A stretch of 64,000 bases of DNA from an uncultured Candidatus Rokubacteria bacterium (GCA_963805625.1 CAWDVE010000010.1:480001-544000), one strand, 5' to 3'. Counted from the first letter of the stretch, positions 41,901 to 49,955 are shown. A program made the numbers and translations. Notes: generated from the letters alone by a model not told the origin.

Positions 41901-42352
41901 GCCACCGGGGCGCCGAAGAGCGCCATGATCCCGTCACCCATGACCTGGTTGACGGTGCCCTCGTAGTGGTGGACCGCCTCCATCATGCGATCGAGCACGG
42001 GGTCGAGAAGCTTGCGCGCCTCCTCCGGATCCCGGTTGGCCAAGAGCTCCATCGAACCCTTCAGATCGGCGAAGAGCACGGTCACCTGTTTACGCTCGCC
42101 CTCCAGGGCACTCCGGGACGTGAGGATTCGCTCAGCGAGGTGCCGGGGAGTGTAGGTGTCGGGCGAAGCGAAGCGCGGCTGGCTCGGAGTCGATCCAGGT
42201 CCACTGACGGGATGCGCGCACTCGAGGCAAAACTTGGCCGTGGGTGGAAGCAAGGTCCCACAACTCGTGCAGAGACGGGCAATCGGCGAAGCGCACTCCA
42301 GGCAGAACTTCGCCTGCGGTGGATTCTCCGTCTGGCAGCGAGGGCATTGCAT
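38993..42352 (-). CDS. Double zinc ribbon - adenylate cyclase - AAA ATPase - TPR protein
   Basis: Four CxxC pairs, VLFADLKGS, GDGIMALFGAP, GEAGVGKS, FEDLHWID, GNPFF, FKHAL, TPR C-terminus. Confidence 0.9.
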   Translation of the reverse strand: MQCPRCQTENPPQAKFCLECASPIARLCTSCGTLLPPTAKFCLECAHPVSGPGSTPSQPRFASPDTYTPRHLAERILTSRSALEGERKQVTVLFADLKGSMELLANRDPEEARKLLDPVLDRMMEAVHHYEGTVNQVMGDGIMALFGAPVAHEDHAVRACHAAVRMQRRVNLYADEIQREGGTPVQIRVGLNSGEVVVRAIGSDLHMDYTAVGQTTHLAARMEQMAKPGSVLVTGETLNLAEGYVQVRPLGMVTVKGLESPAQVYELTGVVPARSRLQASAARGLTRFVGREGELQQLAQALERAAAGHGQVVAVVGEAGVGKSRLLWEFTRSHRTHGWLVLDSASVSYGKATPYLPVIDLLKAYFRIQERDDSRAVRERVAGKLLTLDRTLEPLLTPLLALLDIPVGDAMWDALDRAQRRHRTLEAVRQLLLRESQIQPLLVLFEDLHWIDSETQAFLDGLIESLPTARILLLVSYRPEYEHAWGRKTYYFQLRIDPLPPQSAGALLDVLLGEDRTLAPVKQMLIERTEGNPFFLEESVRSLVETHVLVGERGAYRMTKAPDAWQIPATAQAILAARIDRLASEEKRLLQAASVIGKDVSFALLQAIADVPEDILRRGLTHLQAAEFLYETTLFPDLEYTFKHALTHEVAYGGLLQDRRRALHARIVDATEALYADRLTEHIEQLAYHAYRGEFWGKAVDYLRQAGAKAFARSANREAVASFEQALAALSHLPATRETLEQGVDVRLALRNSLWPLGRFETGFGHLRDAERQAQELGDQRRLGWIAAYLSEHTRQTGHAADAPEFAEDALTIAEALEDLPLRVAANYYLGTAYFVAGDYRRTDEFFPRILQLLEGDRFRERCGLAGFPSVMSRMFWTLALSERGEFDRGMVEAQEGVRLAEMLDHPYSLICALRGLGRVHGARGNLDHAIRLTERGLALSRERHLPQLSPEVADQLGYLYTLSGRVAEGLGLLEEALAAMEAMAMVQWRSPLLIHLGETYLLASRPENALTLAGRGLTLTRERGHRGSEAWGLRLLGEIALHHDRPDVATAEARYGAAMALASELGMRPLVAHCHLGLGKVYRHTGDEVKAGEHVRAATTMYRELDMDFWLRQAATQA

Positions 42353-42426
42353 GCCGGGCGACTCCAGCCGCGCCAAGGCTAGCCTCGCGGCATGGAGGCG
42401 TCAAGCGCAGCACGCGACCCCAAGAT

Positions 42427-42515
42427 TGGTGCCGGGGGAGGGAGTCGAACCCTCACACGTCTTGCGACGTAGCGGATTTTAAGTCCGCCGCGTCTCCCAG
42501 TTTCGCCACCCCGGC
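42427..42515 (-). tRNA. tRNA-Leu(TAA)
   Basis: GCCGGGGTGGCGAAACTGGGAGACGCGGCGGAC-TTAAAA-TCCGC, long variable arm, GGTTCGACTCC, encoded CCA. Confidence 0.95.
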
Positions 42516-42547
42516 AGTCTGAAGATCCGCGGAGTTACGATACCCCG

Positions 42548-43081
42548 TCACGCCCCCGGCGGACCACTGTGCCCAGAATTGTGCCCAGTACGCTCGGCCA
42601 CTGTGCCCAGGACTGTGTCCTGCGGCGGCGGGGGTACGCTCTCGATCTTCTGAATCAAGCTGTGCACGAAGGCGGCCTGGTCGTTGAACCACTCCGCCGT
42701 CATGTCGGCGATAGTCTCGACAGGGAACCGTCCGTCGTTGTCCTTCTCCCCGAACTTGACCAGCCGGAGCGGGAAGCCCGTGGTCCCCGTCGGGAAAACC
42801 CGTCCATGTGCAAAGGTGTCACGTAAGGCACCCACCCGATGCGGGTCGAACCGATTCGCCTGAGGAACGAGGCCATTGTAGCGTTCTATCGTTTTCCACA
42901 AGCCCCTGTAGTCAGCGAGCGCGTCGTAGGGGACGCGGTCACCCACTTGCAGGCTTCCCCAGTGCCAGTGTGCGCCGGGGCTCGGCTCGATGCGTTCCAT
43001 GGCGGTGCGCAGCGTGGTTTCCAAGAGCTGCAGAAGGGCCACTAGTCGTCCAAGCGCCTGGGTATGCTCGTTCGTGTCCAC
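42548..43081 (-). CDS. Hypothetical protein with a HEPN-like Rx4H motif
   Basis: GTG start directly after the integrase stop; helical N-terminus ALGRLVALLQLLE; motif LRDTFAHG. Confidence 0.55.
   Translation of the reverse strand: MDTNEHTQALGRLVALLQLLETTLRTAMERIEPSPGAHWHWGSLQVGDRVPYDALADYRGLWKTIERYNGLVPQANRFDPHRVGALRDTFAHGRVFPTGTTGFPLRLVKFGEKDNDGRFPVETIADMTAEWFNDQAAFVHSLIQKIESVPPPPQDTVLGTVAERTGHNSGHSGPPGA
42568..42621. repeat. Putative integrase arm-type sites (TGTGCCCA repeats)
   Basis: TGTGCCCA at 42568, 42580 and 42602, and TGTGTCCT at 42614. The 19-mer GTGCCCAGAATTGTGCCCA recurs at 55319-55337. Confidence 0.7.
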
Positions 43082-43083
43082 AG

Positions 43084-44127
43084 CTATCCGCCGCTGGACA
43101 TCATGTGGGCACGGGCTAGCTTTTCCGCGCCCTCCCGCAGCATCGCCTCGTCCACAATCGCGTACCGGCGGTAGATCGCCTCCGTCTTGTGGCCGACCAT
43201 CTTCATCGCCGTCGAGCGGGGGACGCCGGCCCGCTCCAGGTTGCGCACCGCGGTCCGGCGAAGGTCGTGGGGAATCCGCCCCGGCACGCCGGCGGCCGTG
43301 CACGCGAGCGACCAGGCTTTGCGGAAGTCCCGGATCGGCTTGCCCCGGCGATGGAACACCCAGGGGATGATCCGCTTCCGGGCGCGCTGCCAGCGGTCCG
43401 TTTCGGTGCGCTGCGCGTCCAGGACCTCGTGCAACTCGGGCGTCAGGATGAACGTCCGCCCCTCCTGGTTCTTCGTGGTGCCCGGCTCCAGGCGGATCGT
43501 TCCGGCCTTGACATCGACCTGGCGCCACTGCAGCGGCTGCAGTTCACTCGGCACGCGCCACCCGGTGATGTAGGCGGCGGTCACGAGGCCGCGCAGCTCC
43601 GGCGCGAGCCGGCTCCGGACGGCCTCAAACTGCGGTCGGTCGAAGAAGCCCTGCCGGACGTTGTCCTCCCGGAGCAGGCGAATGCGGGGCGCCCGGTGGA
43701 GCCGCTCGGCATCGAGCGCGAGCGAATAGGCGCGCTTGAGCGCGGCCAACTCGCGGTTGATCGTGCCGTTCGCGGCGCCGGCGGCCTGCCGCGTGGTCGC
43801 GTAGGCCGTGAGATCTGCGCTCGTGACGTGGACGGCGCGCCGCGGGCCGAAAGCCGGCCGCAGATGCCCGAGGCTGATGTCCAGGCGGTCGAGCGAACGC
43901 CGACCGTTCGCCTGGTAGTCGGCCTTGAGGGTATCGAGCAGGTGGTCGACGGTGACCTTGTCGACGCGCGGGATCACGGGCCGGCCCTCGATCGCGGCGC
44001 CCTCTCGGACCTTCAGGAGCCGCTTCGCGTCCCCCTCCTTCGTCGACCCGCTCGACTCGCGGATGATCCGGTCGTGAGCGCGGTACTTGAGCCACCACAC
44101 GTCCCCCCGTCGATACACGCTGCCCAT
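43084..44127 (-). CDS. Tyrosine recombinase/integrase
   Basis: Arm-binding N-terminus (GSVYRRGDVWWLKY), TGWR, TKN, HDLRR, GHKT, YRRY catalytic set. Confidence 0.93.
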   Translation of the reverse strand: MGSVYRRGDVWWLKYRAHDRIIRESSGSTKEGDAKRLLKVREGAAIEGRPVIPRVDKVTVDHLLDTLKADYQANGRRSLDRLDISLGHLRPAFGPRRAVHVTSADLTAYATTRQAAGAANGTINRELAALKRAYSLALDAERLHRAPRIRLLREDNVRQGFFDRPQFEAVRSRLAPELRGLVTAAYITGWRVPSELQPLQWRQVDVKAGTIRLEPGTTKNQEGRTFILTPELHEVLDAQRTETDRWQRARKRIIPWVFHRRGKPIRDFRKAWSLACTAAGVPGRIPHDLRRTAVRNLERAGVPRSTAMKMVGHKTEAIYRRYAIVDEAMLREGAEKLARAHMMSSGG

Positions 44128-44157
44128 CAGGCTCCCCTCCCCTCGTCGGTCGACGTG

Positions 44158-44865
44158 CTATTCTGCGGTCGCGTAACGTATCCCGCCCAGGAGGACTCCG
44201 CCATGACCGAGGCGCCCGAGATCACGAGCCCCTACGAGCCGCCCTGTATCGAGCGGGTCCTGACCCCGGAGGACCTGGAGCGCGAAGTCCTGTACGCGGG
44301 GTTCGATGCGGTCTCCGCCGACCAGAACTAGTCTCACCGCTCCAGCGCCGCCATGCGCGGCGCGAGGTCCCGCCCCGCCCGCTCCCCTTTGGCCTAGGGT
44401 GCGCGGGACCCAGACGGTCGCGCGATTCGAAAGAGGGTTGACGTGCTGGGACGAGTAGACAAACGCCCCCGTCGCGACCGTGATCGTGATCACCTCCGGC
44501 GACTCCCCCGGCGCCCGCTCACTCGGGAGGAGTATGAGACCTATTCCCATCGGGTCGGTTTCGATGCGCCAGAGGCTCGCGGGGACATCGATCTGTTGCA
44601 GCGTTCCGCTATAGCGAGTCACCCGGGCGCTCTTCGGCGACCCGGGCAGCACGTCGATCCGCCACTGGCTGGTGTTCCTCTGGCGTTCTAGCGGGCCGCT
44701 AACCTTCTCGGCCTTCTTCCCGCTCCCGAGTTCGGTGTGGTAATAGCCGACGGCCGCCGACTCGTTCGATTGACACAGCAACGCCGTGGCCTCGGTCTCG
44801 GCCGCGACCGGCGAGCCGACTGCCAGCACGACCACGACGACAAGGAGCCATGTCACCGAAGTCAT
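44158..44865 (-). CDS. Exported hypothetical protein (the 3' extension past ~44400 is probably read-through)
   Basis: Signal peptide MTSVTWLLVVVVVLAVGSPVAA and a beta-rich body. The tail overlaps the opposite-strand peptide. Confidence 0.5.
   Translation of the reverse strand: MTSVTWLLVVVVVLAVGSPVAAETEATALLCQSNESAAVGYYHTELGSGKKAEKVSGPLERQRNTSQWRIDVLPGSPKSARVTRYSGTLQQIDVPASLWRIETDPMGIGLILLPSERAPGESPEVITITVATGAFVYSSQHVNPLSNRATVWVPRTLGQRGAGGAGPRAAHGGAGAVRLVLVGGDRIEPRVQDFALQVLRGQDPLDTGRLVGARDLGRLGHGGVLLGGIRYATAE
44203..44331 (+). CDS. 42-aa peptide with YEPPxIE leader-like motif
   Basis: GGAGGA Shine-Dalgarno; MTEAPEITSPYEPPCIERVLTPEDLEREVLYAGFDAVSADQN. Confidence 0.6.
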   Translation: MTEAPEITSPYEPPCIERVLTPEDLEREVLYAGFDAVSADQN

Positions 44866-44937
44866 GTCGATTACCCCCAGGTCTTATCCGGCCAGGCCCA
44901 CGGCTCTGTTCTCGCACCGCGCGGGGGCACCTCTCCG

Positions 44938-45228
44938 TTACGTCGCCGTCGTCCTTCGGACCCGCTGCCAGAGGACCACGCCCGCGAGCGCGACGAGGAG
45001 CAGCATCGCGCTACTCGCCTCCGGCACCGCCGTGGTCTCGGTCGTGAGGCTCGGGGCTGCGGTGATCGTCACGCTCGCGCCCGTCGTTTCCGTCGTGTCC
45101 GTCGGCAGCGTGAGGCACTCGGGGCAGTTCGTCCAGCCATGCTCGGTCAGCCGGTAGGTGTGGCCAGAGGAGCTCGTATACCACTCGCCGACGTGATACC
45201 AGCCGAGGCTCGTCCAATCGATGTACAT
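44938..45228 (-). CDS. Small protein with PEP-CTERM-like sorting tail
   Basis: Thr-rich linker, then VPEASSAMLLLVALAGVVLWQRVRR. Confidence 0.55.
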   Translation of the reverse strand: MYIDWTSLGWYHVGEWYTSSSGHTYRLTEHGWTNCPECLTLPTDTTETTGASVTITAAPSLTTETTAVPEASSAMLLLVALAGVVLWQRVRRTTAT

Positions 45229-45231
45229 GGC

Positions 45232-45597
45232 TCACTCCAACGGCGTCGTCAGCGGCACGCCGAGGCACGCGGGACACTGGATATAGCCGGCGGCCCGGTT
45301 CCCCGGGAGCGCCCAATACGCCTCCACGGGTGGGATGCGGAAATGCCAGACGCAATCAATCAGGGCGACAAACCACTCGACACAGCACGGCGGACACCCC
45401 TCGGCGAGGCCACACTGCCGGATCGGCTCAGACCCGGGGTCGTTGCGCGCCGGACTCCTCGCCGCGAGGACGATCAGGTCGGCCACGGTGATCAGGCGAG
45501 GCCCGCGATCCTCGACCCGCCGGCGGCGGGGGCGGCGTGGCCACGGCCCCAGCATCGGCGGGCACTCGAAGAGCCGGAGTTGCGCGGTGTCCGTCAT
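45232..45597 (-). CDS. Cys-rich hypothetical protein
   Basis: CPPCC and CPAC motifs; overlaps the Xre gene stop. Confidence 0.5.
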   Translation of the reverse strand: MTDTAQLRLFECPPMLGPWPRRPRRRRVEDRGPRLITVADLIVLAARSPARNDPGSEPIRQCGLAEGCPPCCVEWFVALIDCVWHFRIPPVEAYWALPGNRAAGYIQCPACLGVPLTTPLE

Positions 45598-45800
45598 TCC
45601 AGCAGCGCCGTCACCGGCACGCCGAGGGCCTTCGCGAGACGCTGGAGCATCCCCACCGTGGGGTCCGAGCGCCCCTCCTCGAGCTTCGTGATGTACTCCC
45701 GACTCACGCCGGCCGCCTTCGCCAGCGCGTAGCGGCTCAGTCCCTTGGCCTTCCGCGTCTTTTTGAGCGTCATGCCGATCTGCCTCGGTGTCGGGCTCAT
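45594..45800 (-). CDS. Xre/Cro-family HTH regulator
   Basis: LKKTRKAKGLSRYALAKAAGVSREYITKLEEGRSDPT...LAKALGV. Confidence 0.88.
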   Translation of the reverse strand: MSPTPRQIGMTLKKTRKAKGLSRYALAKAAGVSREYITKLEEGRSDPTVGMLQRLAKALGVPVTALLE

Positions 45801-45804
45801 GTTA

Positions 45805-45820
45805 GTCCACTATAGTTGAC
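45805..45820. promoter_or_regulatory. Putative Xre operator overlapping a -10 box
   Basis: Near-perfect palindrome GTCCACTATAGTTGAC a few bp upstream of the Xre ATG (likely leaderless gene). Confidence 0.55.
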
Positions 45821-46056
45821 GATGCAAGAGGGCTCTCGGTGGTCGCGCGGGGCCGCGGCTCGGGGGGCTCGATCCATCCCGCCCGACCCTACCGCGAGCC
45901 GGTCCGGGGCGCCAGCCGGGGGCCTCGACGGAACCCCGACAGCGCGATACGCTGGGGCCCTCGGGACACGCTCGGAACGGCCGGGGCGGCAGTGTGACGC
46001 CGCGGTATCCGCTCCCCGTGCTGTACGAGCCAATCCGGCCGACAGCGAGGTGTCCC

Positions 46057-46305
46057 ATGACGACACCATTTCCCTCCCCCACAGCTCCCGATCCCCTCCG
46101 GTTCTCGATTCTCGGCACGATCGTCACGTGGGATTCGTTCGGGCGCTGGCTCCGCATCGGGGAGCGCAACTTCTGGGTGGCCCCGAGCGTGGCGGTGGCG
46201 GGCCTGGGTCCCGGCGTCAGGGTCACCGCCAGCGGGCACCAGGAGGACCTGACCGCCCGGTGGATCGTGACCAACGTGAAGCTCGCCGGAGACATCCCAT
46301 GGTGA
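46057..46305 (+). CDS. Small OB-fold-like (DUF5666-like) protein
   Basis: GTIVTWD...LGPGVRVTASG...WIVTNVKL; GAGG Shine-Dalgarno. Confidence 0.5.
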   Translation: MTTPFPSPTAPDPLRFSILGTIVTWDSFGRWLRIGERNFWVAPSVAVAGLGPGVRVTASGHQEDLTARWIVTNVKLAGDIPW

Positions 46306-46353
46306 CCGCGTCAGCGCCCCGGTGAACCGCGACCGGCCGGATCCCGCCGCGGC

Positions 46354-46848
46354 TCATGCCGAGTCCGTCGGAGGGTCCGGGAGGGCCGGGGCCGTCGGCC
46401 ACGCGGAAGGCGCGAAAGCGAGGACCTTGACCCCGTCGGCCCGCTCCGTGATGTTCACCACTTCGAGCACCACCGCCGGGGCCGCCGCGAGCCGGGCGAG
46501 GAAGTCCACGGAGACTCGCACCCGGTCACCTGGGCGGATGGCCGACTCCACCAGCCGGTCGAATTGGTCCGTCGGCACGTTCGCCACGCGGAGGGCGGTC
46601 CGCTTCTGGTCGCGGGACATCCCAGCATCGCGGGCCGCGCTGGTACGTGTGCCAACGGGGGACCGACCCCCCGTTGCCGAATTGCCACGGTCTCCACCGC
46701 GCGCCGGAGCGATCGACCGGAGCAGCGCCCCGCACCGCGCGATGGCCCGCGCCTGGATACGCTCGGCCATCTGGCGCAGCGGGAGTGGGGCGCCAATACC
46801 CCAATTCTGCCCGGCGGGCAGAATGACCCACCCCGCCCGGGGGGTCAT
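46354..46848 (-). CDS. Phage-type hypothetical protein with HTH-like segment
   Basis: ERIQARAIARCGALL...AARDAGMSRDQKRTALRVANVP. Confidence 0.5.
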   Translation of the reverse strand: MTPRAGWVILPAGQNWGIGAPLPLRQMAERIQARAIARCGALLRSIAPARGGDRGNSATGGRSPVGTRTSAARDAGMSRDQKRTALRVANVPTDQFDRLVESAIRPGDRVRVSVDFLARLAAAPAVVLEVVNITERADGVKVLAFAPSAWPTAPALPDPPTDSA

Positions 46849-47231
46849 GCCGGGACCCCGTGTTCGAGGGCCGCCGGACGTGCGGACCCGTCAGAACTCG
46901 CGTCCTCACGGGGGTCCTGCAGGCTCCGCGGCCGCCTGGGGGCGAGGCGACCCGGGGCGGCCGCCCGTTTCAGCCCCCAGCGGAACCGGCCCACGGGAAT
47001 GGTGTAGAACCGGCCCGAGCAGGCCCCCCCGGGGAACCGGGTCTCCCGCGCCGCCGGAATGCCGAGCCGCGCGAGCTTGCGCCACGTGACCGGCGAGGCC
47101 GACCAGAGGTGGACCTGGTCGTCCGCGCGGTCCCAGCGGATCGTGGTTTCTTGCTCGGCGCGGGTGGCGCGATACGCCGCCGAGGCCGCGGCGGGTTGAC
47201 GACGACGCGGACGCAGGGATAGAGTCGGCAT
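46845..47231 (-). CDS. Phage-type hypothetical protein
   Basis: EQETTIRWD...SPVTWRKL; GGAG Shine-Dalgarno; overlaps the next gene. Confidence 0.55.
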   Translation of the reverse strand: MPTLSLRPRRRQPAAASAAYRATRAEQETTIRWDRADDQVHLWSASPVTWRKLARLGIPAARETRFPGGACSGRFYTIPVGRFRWGLKRAAAPGRLAPRRPRSLQDPREDASSDGSARPAALEHGVPA

Positions 47232-47253
47232 GGTCTCCAGGCGCTCCTGTTCG

Positions 47254-47288
47254 ACGGCCCCGCCGGAGGCTGAATCCGGCGGGGCCGT
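47254..47288. terminator. Strong hairpin downstream of the virion-protein gene
   Basis: ACGGCCCCGCCGGA-7 nt-TCCGGCGGGGCCGT, a 14-bp perfect inverted repeat; no clear U-tract. Confidence 0.5.
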
Positions 47289-47301
47289 GTTCGTGGTGGC
47301 C

Positions 47302-48150
47302 CTAGTAGCGGAAGTCCCCGCGTCCCGAATACGTGCTGGCGCCGACGTTCCCGTACCGCGAGTAGACGAACGGGCTGGCGGCTGCGCTGGCCCCGCTCAA
47401 CAGCGTCGAGCCGACCCCGAGATAGCCCGCCGTCCGCACCCCACCCGCCTGAAATCCATAAAGATTCGCCTGCGAGAGATCCGCGGCGGATCGGGAGAGT
47501 CCGCCGAATCGCGCGAACGCCGCTTCCCCTATGAGCGATCCCGCCCGGAGTGCGCCTTCACTGCGCGCATACGCTGAGCCGGCCCGCATGCCGGCCACGT
47601 CCACCGCCACTTCGTAATCGTGCACCGCGAGCTCCTGCCCGACGGTGTCCGCATTTTCCATGAGCACCATCAGGGGCGACCCCGTGGTATCGACACCCGC
47701 CTTCCCGATCGCGGCGCGCACCTCGCTTTGCGTCCGGTCGTAGTTGCGACGAATGGCCGCCTCTTGGATCTTCCCGGCCGCTTCCCGCGCGAGGGCCTGT
47801 TGCTCGCTGAGGGTGGCCTGCGCCTCAGCCAACGACAGCGCGCCCATGGCTTGTCGCTCGAGGAGTTTGCCTTGCAGCTCGGCCATTCGGGCTTGATAGG
47901 CCGCTTGCTGACGCGCGAGTGCCGCGTTGTACTCCAGGGCCGCCGCTTGCTGCTGGGAGGCCTGGTAGGTCCCGTAGGCCGAGACGCCCGCCGCGACCAC
48001 GGCCGCCACCGCCGCAATGGCCGCAAAGGCCGCCGGCGAGAAGTGGCCCACCTCGGCCTCGACTCGCCAGTTGGGATCGACGGCCTCGCCGCAGAGTCGG
48101 CTGAGACGGGCGTCGAAGGACTCCGGACATCCGGGACGGGCTCGACTCAT
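47302..48150 (-). CDS. Internal virion/ejection protein-like (T7 gp14-like architecture)
   Basis: Ala/Gly hydrophobic N-terminus, Q/A coiled coil (LEYNAALARQQA), AAIGKAGVDTTGSPL motif, C-terminal STLLSGAS. Confidence 0.65.
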   Translation of the reverse strand: MSRARPGCPESFDARLSRLCGEAVDPNWRVEAEVGHFSPAAFAAIAAVAAVVAAGVSAYGTYQASQQQAAALEYNAALARQQAAYQARMAELQGKLLERQAMGALSLAEAQATLSEQQALAREAAGKIQEAAIRRNYDRTQSEVRAAIGKAGVDTTGSPLMVLMENADTVGQELAVHDYEVAVDVAGMRAGSAYARSEGALRAGSLIGEAAFARFGGLSRSAADLSQANLYGFQAGGVRTAGYLGVGSTLLSGASAAASPFVYSRYGNVGASTYSGRGDFRY

Positions 48151-48160
48151 CGGGGCCTCC

Positions 48161-48478
48161 TCACTCGTCCAGCAGGGTCGTCTTGCGGCGACGCGGGCGG
48201 ACGAGGAGTCCCCGCGTCTTGTCGGTCCCGGGCAGGGCGCCGGCCTTGTCGCCCGGCGGAATCGGTCGGGTGGCCGGTGGCACCCGCGGCCCCGGGCCGG
48301 CCACGGGCACGTACGTCACGGTGGGACCCGTGCGCGGCCGCACCGAGAGCACCTGGAACCCGCCCTGACCCGGCTCGCCCGTCTTGACCTGCGGCCCCGC
48401 GGTCGCCGTCGTCACCGAATTTTTCGGCGGGGTGTAGTAGGGCACCGGCGTCGGCCGCGGGTAACTCGGGTGGCCCAT
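48161..48478 (-). CDS. Pro-rich hypothetical protein
   Basis: Abuts the scaffold-like gene (1-nt overlap); ends RRRKTTLLDE. Confidence 0.5.
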   Translation of the reverse strand: MGHPSYPRPTPVPYYTPPKNSVTTATAGPQVKTGEPGQGGFQVLSVRPRTGPTVTYVPVAGPGPRVPPATRPIPPGDKAGALPGTDKTRGLLVRPRRRKTTLLDE

Positions 48479-49203
48479 CAGCGGGCTCGCCGGCCATGCT
48501 GCCGCGCCTGCATATACTCCTCGCGGAACCGGGGCTCGTACTTCGCGATCAACTGGGACGCCTCGGGATCGTGCCCGAGCAACGCGCCGAGTCGCGCCAG
48601 TTCCATGATGACCTGCGGGTGATTGCCCGCGCGCGTCCGGTCAAACTCCTCGCGCAACTCGCCCGGACGGCCCCCGCGGCGCTGATCCAACACCTCGAGC
48701 GCCGCCTTCGCTTGCGCCATCATCCGCGGATAGTGCGCCCCCCAGTGGCTTTGCAAGCGCTCCGCCGCCACCTCGCGACTCGGGATCGATCGCCCCTCGG
48801 CCACCGTAGGCTTCGGCTGACTGGCGTCCAGGATCCAGTTGACGACCGGGTTCGCCTCGGACTCTGACAGGTTGAACGCGCGACACGCGGCCGTCGCGAT
48901 CGAGCGATCCACCGCCGTGAACGTCTCCTCCGTCCGGCCCGGCGGCATCGCGATCTCGTAGTCCAGGTTCGGCGCGACCGTCGCCCCGCTCGCGGCGGCC
49001 GCCGTCCCGTGGACGGTCTCGTACAAGAGTGCCATTTCGCGCAGCGCCGTCGGGTCCCCCCGATGAAACGGATGCGCGAGATCCCCGCGAATCTCCGCAA
49101 TCCGGACCTCCGCCGCGGCGCGATCGGGCGGGCCACTCGGCGCCGGCTCGGGACTGGGGGCGGGACTCGGACTCGGGACGGTCGGGTCGAGGGGCTCAGG
49201 CAT
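48478..49203 (-). CDS. Podovirus-type capsid scaffolding-like protein
   Basis: Pro-rich N-terminus, RIAEIRGDLAHPF...EMALLY, LQSHWGAHY...AKAA, GNHPQVIMELARLG. Confidence 0.55.
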   Translation of the reverse strand: MPEPLDPTVPSPSPAPSPEPAPSGPPDRAAAEVRIAEIRGDLAHPFHRGDPTALREMALLYETVHGTAAAASGATVAPNLDYEIAMPPGRTEETFTAVDRSIATAACRAFNLSESEANPVVNWILDASQPKPTVAEGRSIPSREVAAERLQSHWGAHYPRMMAQAKAALEVLDQRRGGRPGELREEFDRTRAGNHPQVIMELARLGALLGHDPEASQLIAKYEPRFREEYMQARQHGRRAR

Positions 49204-49945
49204 CCGGGTCTCCTTCCGGGTCGCCGCCGAGGGGCCGGCGCGCCGCCGGGCCGGTCGGGGGGGCCGGGGGCACGAGCTCGACGCCCGCCCCCCGCACCGT
49301 CATCGCATAGTCAATGCGCGCGCACAGCTCATCCAGCGCCCGGAGATCGTTCTGCACTTGCACCGGGACCGGCTCCGATTCCTCCACCGCCGTCTTGATC
49401 GCGTTCACCCGGCAGCCGTGCGGCATGCCGCCCGTCACACACTGATGCACGTCGCGGTGCGTGAGCGCCGCAATCTGCGACGGCACCCGCTCGAGGAGCG
49501 TGATCGTCGACTGATCCTTCGCGTCCCGCGCGCGCACCGCGCTGGCCAGCCGCGCCTGCAGCGACCGACAGTCTCGAACCAAATGCGAGCCGCCGCCCAA
49601 GATCAACTCCCACTTCAGGACCTCCCCCTGGATCTCCAGCCGCTGCAGCCGGTCCAGCCGGGACGTCACCGCCGGCACCAGCGGCCGCAACCGCGCCAAA
49701 CACGCGGCCGCGCGCTCCACGTAGGGCGCGAGACTGTCGCGGAGCGCCTGCCCGGCGGCGTCGGCCGCCTGCTCGGGCGCCCGCGCCCGCGCTTCGAGCC
49801 GGGCCAACGCATCCTCGGACGGCGGCGCCTCGGGCTCGATCCTGACCTTCGGCGGTCGGCCCCGCGGGCGCTTCGACGGCTCGGGCGGGGGGATCGTGTC
49901 GCGCGCGGCCTGTTGGACTTCGGTGCGGACCTTCGTCATCGGCAT
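49196..49945 (-). CDS. Hypothetical protein with AT-hook motif
   Basis: GGAGG Shine-Dalgarno, MPMTKV start, KRPRGRPPK AT-hook. Confidence 0.55.
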   Translation of the reverse strand: MPMTKVRTEVQQAARDTIPPPEPSKRPRGRPPKVRIEPEAPPSEDALARLEARARAPEQAADAAGQALRDSLAPYVERAAACLARLRPLVPAVTSRLDRLQRLEIQGEVLKWELILGGGSHLVRDCRSLQARLASAVRARDAKDQSTITLLERVPSQIAALTHRDVHQCVTGGMPHGCRVNAIKTAVEESEPVPVQVQNDLRALDELCARIDYAMTVRGAGVELVPPAPPTGPAARRPLGGDPEGDPDA

Positions 49946-49955
49946 CGGGACCTCC

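Noticed and set aside
42568-42621. CRISPR-like repeat array
   Set aside because: The repeats are 8-mers without unique spacers or cas genes and are better explained as integrase arm sites. No CRISPR array was seen in the window.
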